Assembly (NCBI GenBank): GCA_001784275.1
Contig: MFQB01000012.1
Span: 1 to 33,353 of the forward strand
DNA length: 33,353 bases
Direction: 5' to 3'
Source: Candidatus Magasanikbacteria bacterium RIFCSPHIGHO2_02_FULL_47_14
GTDB taxonomy: Bacteria; Patescibacteriota; Patescibacteriia; Magasanikbacterales; UBA922
A program made the position numbers and the translations under genes. The stretch's first letter is position 1; every line of letters starts with the position of its first letter. The notes below the pieces were generated by a model, which worked only from the letters and a program-made list of their open reading frames with translations, did not search any database and was not told the origin of the DNA. Shown here piece by piece: positions 28,884 through 33,353 of the stretch.

Positions 28884-29858
28884 TTACCGCTTAGGAACTG
28901 ACGTATCGTGCAGTTGATGTATCACTTCGCGTATAACGTACGAGCGATCTCTCGAAGAGGCATAATATGTTTTTGACAAGATGTCAGCCAACAGACCAAA
29001 AACCAGAAACTGAATACCGCCCAGGAAACCAAACATTGCCATCTCTGTAAGAACAGTTTCCGATAGGTCAATCGCTAAAAAAAATTTTCTGTAAACAACC
29101 ACAAGCGCAACAAGGCATGAAAAAAACACCAACATAAGGCCAACCCCACCGAATAGATGAAGCGGGCGATTCGCGAACTTTTTCCAAAACCACACTGATA
29201 TCATATCTAAAAACCCCTTGACGGTTCGCTTCCATCCATATTTTGACATCCCATGCACCCTTGGACGATGTGTAACTTCCACCTCTCCAATTCGAAATCC
29301 TTTTAATTTAAGCACCGCGGGAATGAACCGATGCATTTCTCCAAACAAATCAATGGTTTCAAAACAGTGCCGTCGGTATGCCTTTAAGGAACAGCCGCTG
29401 TCGTGGATGCCGTCGTCGATGAGAAATTTTCTCAGTCCATTTGCGACACGGGAAACAAATCTTTTACTCAGGGAGTCTTTTCTTTGTTTTCTCCACCCAG
29501 AGATTACGTCAAATCCCTTACCAAGTTCTGACAGGAGGGCCGGAATATCCTTTGGATCATTCTGGAGGTCTCCATCCATGATTACAACCACCTCTCCTTT
29601 TGCGGCTTTAATCCCTGCATCTATAGCTGCCGTTTGACCAAAATTTTTCTGAAAATTAATAATCGTCAACGGTGTGAGTGTTTTCATAACGGACAGACTT
29701 GTGTCTGTACTCCCGTCGTTGATAAAAATAATCTCAAACTGGCGCTTAAGCCCGCGGCAAACGTAAAGAATTTCTTCGTGCAGTTGTTTCAAATTTTCTG
29801 CTTCATTACAAATAGGAATGAGAACAGAAACAAAAAAAATGTCCTGTGAGGATTCCAT
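28884..29858 (-). CDS. GT2 polyprenol-phosphate glycosyltransferase (DPM1/ArnC/GtrB-like) with two C-terminal TMs
   Basis: INDGSTD, NFGQTAA..AG, MDGDLQNDP.DIP, DVISGWR..RKD, HDSGCSLKAYRR, GEMHRFIP, HRPR.HG.SKYG. Start placed at the ATG at 29858. Confidence 0.93.
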   Translation of the reverse strand: MESSQDIFFVSVLIPICNEAENLKQLHEEILYVCRGLKRQFEIIFINDGSTDTSLSVMKTLTPLTIINFQKNFGQTAAIDAGIKAAKGEVVVIMDGDLQNDPKDIPALLSELGKGFDVISGWRKQRKDSLSKRFVSRVANGLRKFLIDDGIHDSGCSLKAYRRHCFETIDLFGEMHRFIPAVLKLKGFRIGEVEVTHRPRVHGMSKYGWKRTVKGFLDMISVWFWKKFANRPLHLFGGVGLMLVFFSCLVALVVVYRKFFLAIDLSETVLTEMAMFGFLGGIQFLVFGLLADILSKTYYASSRDRSYVIREVIHQLHDTSVPKR

Positions 29859-29876
29859 AGAGAACAAACCACCATT

Positions 29877-29905
29877 AGCGTAACATGCTCGGATCGAAAG
29901 AGCAA
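29877..29905 (-). promoter_or_regulatory. Candidate promoter of the 19-gene glycan operon
   Basis: Minus strand TTGCTC (29900-29905), 17 nt spacer, TG-t-TACGCT (hexamer 29877-29882). Lies downstream of the fusA terminator. Confidence 0.5.
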
Positions 29906-29966
29906 GCTGTTTTATAGCAGTCTGCAAAGACTGCAGGTAGTGCATAGATTCGTCAGGGCATGTATT

Positions 29967-29999
29967 AAAAAAGAGGTCCTCTCTCAAGGACCTCTTTTT
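29967..29999 (-). terminator. Intrinsic terminator after fusA
   Basis: 13-bp perfect inverted repeat AAAAAGAGGTCCT-ctctca-AGGACCTCTTTTT (29968-29999), 9 nt after the fusA stop, with a U6 tail on the minus strand. Confidence 0.9.
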
Positions 30000-30008
30000 A
30001 TAAATAAA

Positions 30009-32105
30009 CTACTTCTTACCTTCAACAATCTGTTGTTCCACGTTCTTTGGAACCTCAGCGTAGTGGCTGAACTCCATCGAGTAGCTGGCGCGACCCGAAC
30101 TCATCGAACGAAGGTTGCCGACGTACCCAAACATCGTAGCAAGCGGGACTTTGGCACGTATAACTTTTGCAGTGCCACGCTCGGTCATCTCTTCAATCTG
30201 ACCACGTTTTGAGTTCAAGTCACCGATCACATCACCCATATATTGCTCCGGGGTTAAGACCTCAACAGCCATGATTGGTTCGAGAATAACCGGGTGCGCC
30301 CTCTTTACAGCGTCAGTAAATGCCATACTTCCTGCCATCTTGAAGGCGATTTCTGAAGAGTCAACTTCGTGGTAACTTCCGTCAAAGACAGAGGCTTTGA
30401 TATTTTCCATCGGATATCCTGCGACAATACCACGGTTCATACACTCTTTGACACCCTTTTCAATGGCAGGAACATACTCGCGAGGAATGATGCCGCCCTT
30501 GATATCGTCAACGAACTCAAACCGTGGGCCACCGGCTGGCAAGGGTTCAATGCGCAACCAGCAGTGTCCATACTGCCCACGACCACCGGTCTGCTTGATG
30601 TACTTTCCCTCTGCTTCGGCACTACCACGAATAGTTTCCCGGTAGGCAACTTGTGGAGCACCAACATTGGCTTCCACTTTGAACTCACGCTTCATACGAT
30701 CGACAATGATGTCGAGATGTAACTCACCCATACCGGAGATAATGGTCTGGAGTGTCTCTTGATCGGAGTGGACCTTAAATGTTGGGTCTTCTTCTGCCAA
30801 CTTTTGCAATGCCAAGCCCATCTTTTCCTGATCTTGTTTCGTTTTTGGTTCGATAGCAACAGAAATGACCGGCTCTGGGAAGGTAATGTTCTCGAGCAAT
30901 ACTGGTCGGTTTTCAGCACAGAGTGTGTCACCGGTTTTTGTTCCCTTCAAACCGACAGCAGCAGCAATTTCTCCGGCAAAGACCTCTGTCACGTCTTCAC
31001 GGTGATTGGCGTGCATACGTACGATACGACCGAGACGCTCTTTTTCACCGGTCGTTGTGTTGATGACGTAGGTTCCGGCTTGAACAACACCGGAGTACAC
31101 ACGGAAGAAGACCAGCTTACCCACGAATGGGTCGGTCGCAATCTTAAACGCAAGACCGGAAAATGGTTCATCATCACGTGGTTTGATCTCGATTTTTTTC
31201 TCAAGGTCATCTGGGTCCATTCCCTGAATACTGTCGACATCAATTGGTGATGGCAAGTAGTAGGTCACAGAGTCAAGCATGAGTTGAACACCAATATTAC
31301 CCAAGGCTGATCCACACATGACCGGGTAGATGCTGTCAGTAAGCACCATGGAGCGAATACCGGCGCGAATCTCGTCAATTGAAAACGCCTCACCATTTAC
31401 ATATTTATTCATCATCTGGTCGTTGGCTTCGGCAACTTTTTCGAACAACTTGCCGCGGTGAGCGGCAACACGTTCTTTTTCGTCTTCCGGGATTGGAATC
31501 TCAATGATATTTTCACCATGTTCACCTTCGAACTTGAAGGCCTTTTGTTCGATAAGGTCGATAATACCAGAGAATGAACTCTCCTGGCCGATCGGGAGCT
31601 GAATCGCAACTGCCTTTGGTGACAACCGAGTTTGAATAGACTCCAAACTCATGTAAAAATCAGCGCCCATCTTGTCCATCTTGTTGACAAAACACACACG
31701 TGGCACTTCGTACTTGTCGGCCTGGCGCCAAACAGTTTCTGACTGTGGTTCCACGCCCTGTGAACCATCAAAGACTGCCACAGCACCGTCCAACACACGA
31801 AGTGAACGTTCTACCTCTGCAGTAAAGTCAACGTGTCCCGGAGTATCGATGATGTTGATGCGATATCCATCTGACGAGCCTGTCGGCTTCCAAAAACAAG
31901 TGGTTGCAGCGCTGGTAATCGTAATACCGCGCTCTTTTTCTTGTTCCATCCAGTCCATTTCAGCAGCACCTTCGTGCACTTCACCGATCTTGTGTTTCTT
32001 GCCGGTGTAAAACAAGATGCGCTCTGTGGTCGTTGTTTTTCCAGCATCAATGTGGGCCATGATCCCGATATTTCTGGTTTTTTCAAGTGAAAATTCTCGT
32101 GGCAT
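30009..32105 (-). CDS. fusA: Elongation factor G
   Basis: [62 protein letters not shown]; 698 aa. Confidence 0.99.
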   Translation of the reverse strand: MPREFSLEKTRNIGIMAHIDAGKTTTTERILFYTGKKHKIGEVHEGAAEMDWMEQEKERGITITSAATTCFWKPTGSSDGYRINIIDTPGHVDFTAEVERSLRVLDGAVAVFDGSQGVEPQSETVWRQADKYEVPRVCFVNKMDKMGADFYMSLESIQTRLSPKAVAIQLPIGQESSFSGIIDLIEQKAFKFEGEHGENIIEIPIPEDEKERVAAHRGKLFEKVAEANDQMMNKYVNGEAFSIDEIRAGIRSMVLTDSIYPVMCGSALGNIGVQLMLDSVTYYLPSPIDVDSIQGMDPDDLEKKIEIKPRDDEPFSGLAFKIATDPFVGKLVFFRVYSGVVQAGTYVINTTTGEKERLGRIVRMHANHREDVTEVFAGEIAAAVGLKGTKTGDTLCAENRPVLLENITFPEPVISVAIEPKTKQDQEKMGLALQKLAEEDPTFKVHSDQETLQTIISGMGELHLDIIVDRMKREFKVEANVGAPQVAYRETIRGSAEAEGKYIKQTGGRGQYGHCWLRIEPLPAGGPRFEFVDDIKGGIIPREYVPAIEKGVKECMNRGIVAGYPMENIKASVFDGSYHEVDSSEIAFKMAGSMAFTDAVKRAHPVILEPIMAVEVLTPEQYMGDVIGDLNSKRGQIEEMTERGTAKVIRAKVPLATMFGYVGNLRSMSSGRASYSMEFSHYAEVPKNVEQQIVEGKK

Positions 32106-32132
32106 AGATGTGAAGTAATACGCAAGAAGCTA

Positions 32133-32606
32133 TTAAGCTCGTCGCGCAAAGTGAGCAAAGGCCTTGTTTGATTCAGCCATGCGATGTGTGTCTTCTTTCT
32201 TCTTCATGGCGCCACCGACTCCTTCGAGGATGTCTAAAAATTCTGCAGCAAGACGCTCTTTCATAGCGCTGCCCTTGCGACCGCGTGCGGCTTCAATCAA
32301 CCAGCGGAATGCCAACGCATTGCCGCGTGGCCCCATGACCGGCATTGGAACCTGGTAGTTGGCTCCACCAACACGTCGTGAGCGAACTTCAACCGCAGGT
32401 CGGACAGTCTCGATCACTTTTTCAAACAACTTAATTTCATCCATGCCTTTTTTCTTTGCAGCATTTTCAAGTGCACCGTAGACAATGTCCTGCGCAATCG
32501 TTTTTTTGCCGCTGTCCATGAGGTAGTTCACAAACTTTGCCAAGAGAATACTCTGATATTTTGGATCAGGAAGAATATCTCGTTTAGGTGCTCGTTTTCC
32601 ACGCAT
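32133..32606 (-). CDS. rpsG: 30S ribosomal protein S7
   Basis: [47 protein letters not shown]. Confidence 0.99.
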   Translation of the reverse strand: MRGKRAPKRDILPDPKYQSILLAKFVNYLMDSGKKTIAQDIVYGALENAAKKKGMDEIKLFEKVIETVRPAVEVRSRRVGGANYQVPMPVMGPRGNALAFRWLIEAARGRKGSAMKERLAAEFLDILEGVGGAMKKKEDTHRMAESNKAFAHFARRA

Positions 32607-32638
32607 ATTCAGTAATTAACAATATGATAGTGAATAAA

Positions 32639-33058
32639 TTAGCTCTTTGGTCTCTTGGCACCGTACAGTGAGCGACTACGGCGACGAGCTTGAACTCCTT
32701 GTGTATCGTACACACCACGAACAATCGTGTAGCGAACACCTGGCAAGTCTTTCACACGACCACCGCGAATCAACACGATGGAATGTTCTTGCAAGTTGTG
32801 TCCCTCACCCGGGATATAGGCAATAACTTCCACGCCATTTGACAAGCGAACCTTGGCAACCTTACGTAACGCTGAGTTCGGTTTCTTTGGAGTGGTTGTA
32901 TACACCTTGGTACAGACACCACGTTTAAATGGTGAACCTCGGCGGAGGGTTGTCTTGCGGCGGTGCAAGCTGTCGTACATAAACTGAAGTGCGGGCCGGT
33001 CGGACTTCCGTGGCTTACTTTTGCGTCCTTTACGCAGGATCTGATTCATTGTTGGCAT
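32639..33058 (-). CDS. rpsL: 30S ribosomal protein S12 (long form with N-terminal-half insertion)
   Basis: MPTMNQ start (ATG at 33058), [44 protein letters not shown]. Confidence 0.99.
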   Translation of the reverse strand: MPTMNQILRKGRKSKPRKSDRPALQFMYDSLHRRKTTLRRGSPFKRGVCTKVYTTTPKKPNSALRKVAKVRLSNGVEVIAYIPGEGHNLQEHSIVLIRGGRVKDLPGVRYTIVRGVYDTQGVQARRRSRSLYGAKRPKS

Positions 33059-33084
33059 AGAATCACTATGATGATTAACTAAAT

Positions 33085-33234
33085 AAAAAAGGTGCCGTTG
33101 GGCACCGTTGAAAAGTCTCGTTTGCAATTTGATTGCAGTAAAACCGAGGGCTTCACAACCGGTGCGCCAGAGTGGCGACTTTCACCCCGAGTGTGCCTTT
33201 CTGATGGGCAAAACGGGATTACTCCGTTGAAAGT
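33085..33234 (-). ncRNA. Structured rpsL 5' leader ending in an intrinsic terminator (putative attenuator, or an independent small RNA)
   Basis: Helices ACUUUCA/UGAAAGU (33228-33234 with 33178-33184), CGCCA/UGGCG, CUCG/CGAG, UGCAAU/AUUGCA; then GGUGCC-caac-GGCACC-UUUUUU (33085-33106). Confidence 0.65.
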
Positions 33235-33240
33235 GGGTCT

Positions 33241-33269
33241 ACTATAATAGAAAAGGTCTATACTGTCAA
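33241..33269 (-). promoter_or_regulatory. sigma70 promoter of the rpsL-rpsG-fusA operon
   Basis: TTGACA (33264-33269), 17 nt spacer, TATAGT (33241-33246). Confidence 0.88.
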
Positions 33270-33273
33270 GAGG

Positions 33274-33302
33274 TTGACAAAGTTGGTATTTTATGATATA
33301 GT
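33274..33302 (+). promoter_or_regulatory. Divergent sigma70 promoter firing out of the right edge
   Basis: TTGACA (33274-33279), 17 nt spacer, TG-a-TATAGT (hexamer 33297-33302). Confidence 0.85.
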
Positions 33303-33353
33303 ATGCCGTTCGTGTCTTCTGACTCGAATTTATGTAAATTTGGCTAAGATAAA

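Noticed and set aside
32639..33058. Streptomycin-resistance alleles in S12
   Set aside because: PKKPNS and RVKDLPG are wild-type; the insertion is the known long-form S12.
10559..33127. Longest-ORF starts at 10559, 13557, 14239, 24390, 24991, 29987 and 33127
   Set aside because: They run deep into upstream genes, terminators or leaders. Downstream ATGs give family-typical N-termini and tight coupling.
33303..33347. 14-codon ORF MPFVSSDSNLCKFG after the rightward promoter
   Set aside because: Its ATG abuts the -10 hexamer, upstream of the expected transcription start, so it would not be in the transcript.
1..33353. CRISPR array, tRNA, IS/integrase, prophage or defence system; alternative genetic code
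   Set aside because: No spaced repeats, cloverleaf or mobility motifs seen by eye. The methyltransferases lack DNA-MTase catalytic motifs. TGA acts as a stop at coupled gene junctions.

Overview
Chromosomal window from a bacterium that looks like Patescibacteria (CPR), probably Parcubacteria/ABY1-like. This is inferred from 16S signature positions, the long-form S12, no Shine-Dalgarno motifs before the r-protein genes, and CPR-type secreted proteins. Standard genetic code. Left end: the 5' ~477 nt of a 16S rRNA gene (minus strand) with a perfect sigma70 promoter, preceded by trmD. Right end: rpsL-rpsG-fusA (minus strand), ending in a terminator with no tuf. Between these conserved anchors lies a ~28 kb cell-surface/glycan region in three parts. 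(1) A cohesin-like membrane-anchored protein next to a secreted protein with a dockerin-like motif. (2) A plus-strand operon: two GT-C membrane glycosyltransferases flanking a 798-aa internally duplicated exported protein, then a Wzx-type flippase. (3) A convergent 19-gene minus-strand operon: 4 GT4, 3 GT2, 7 class I SAM methyltransferases, an acetyltransferase, a pyruvyltransferase, a deacetylase, an AsnB-type amidotransferase and a prenyltransferase-repeat-like unknown. No mobile element, CRISPR or tRNA was seen. Best leads: a switchable terminator/antiterminator RNA leader upstream of rpsL, the modification-heavy glycan system with its prenyltransferase-like gene, and the cohesin-dockerin-like pair. 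All family calls are by-eye motif recognition; no database search was run.
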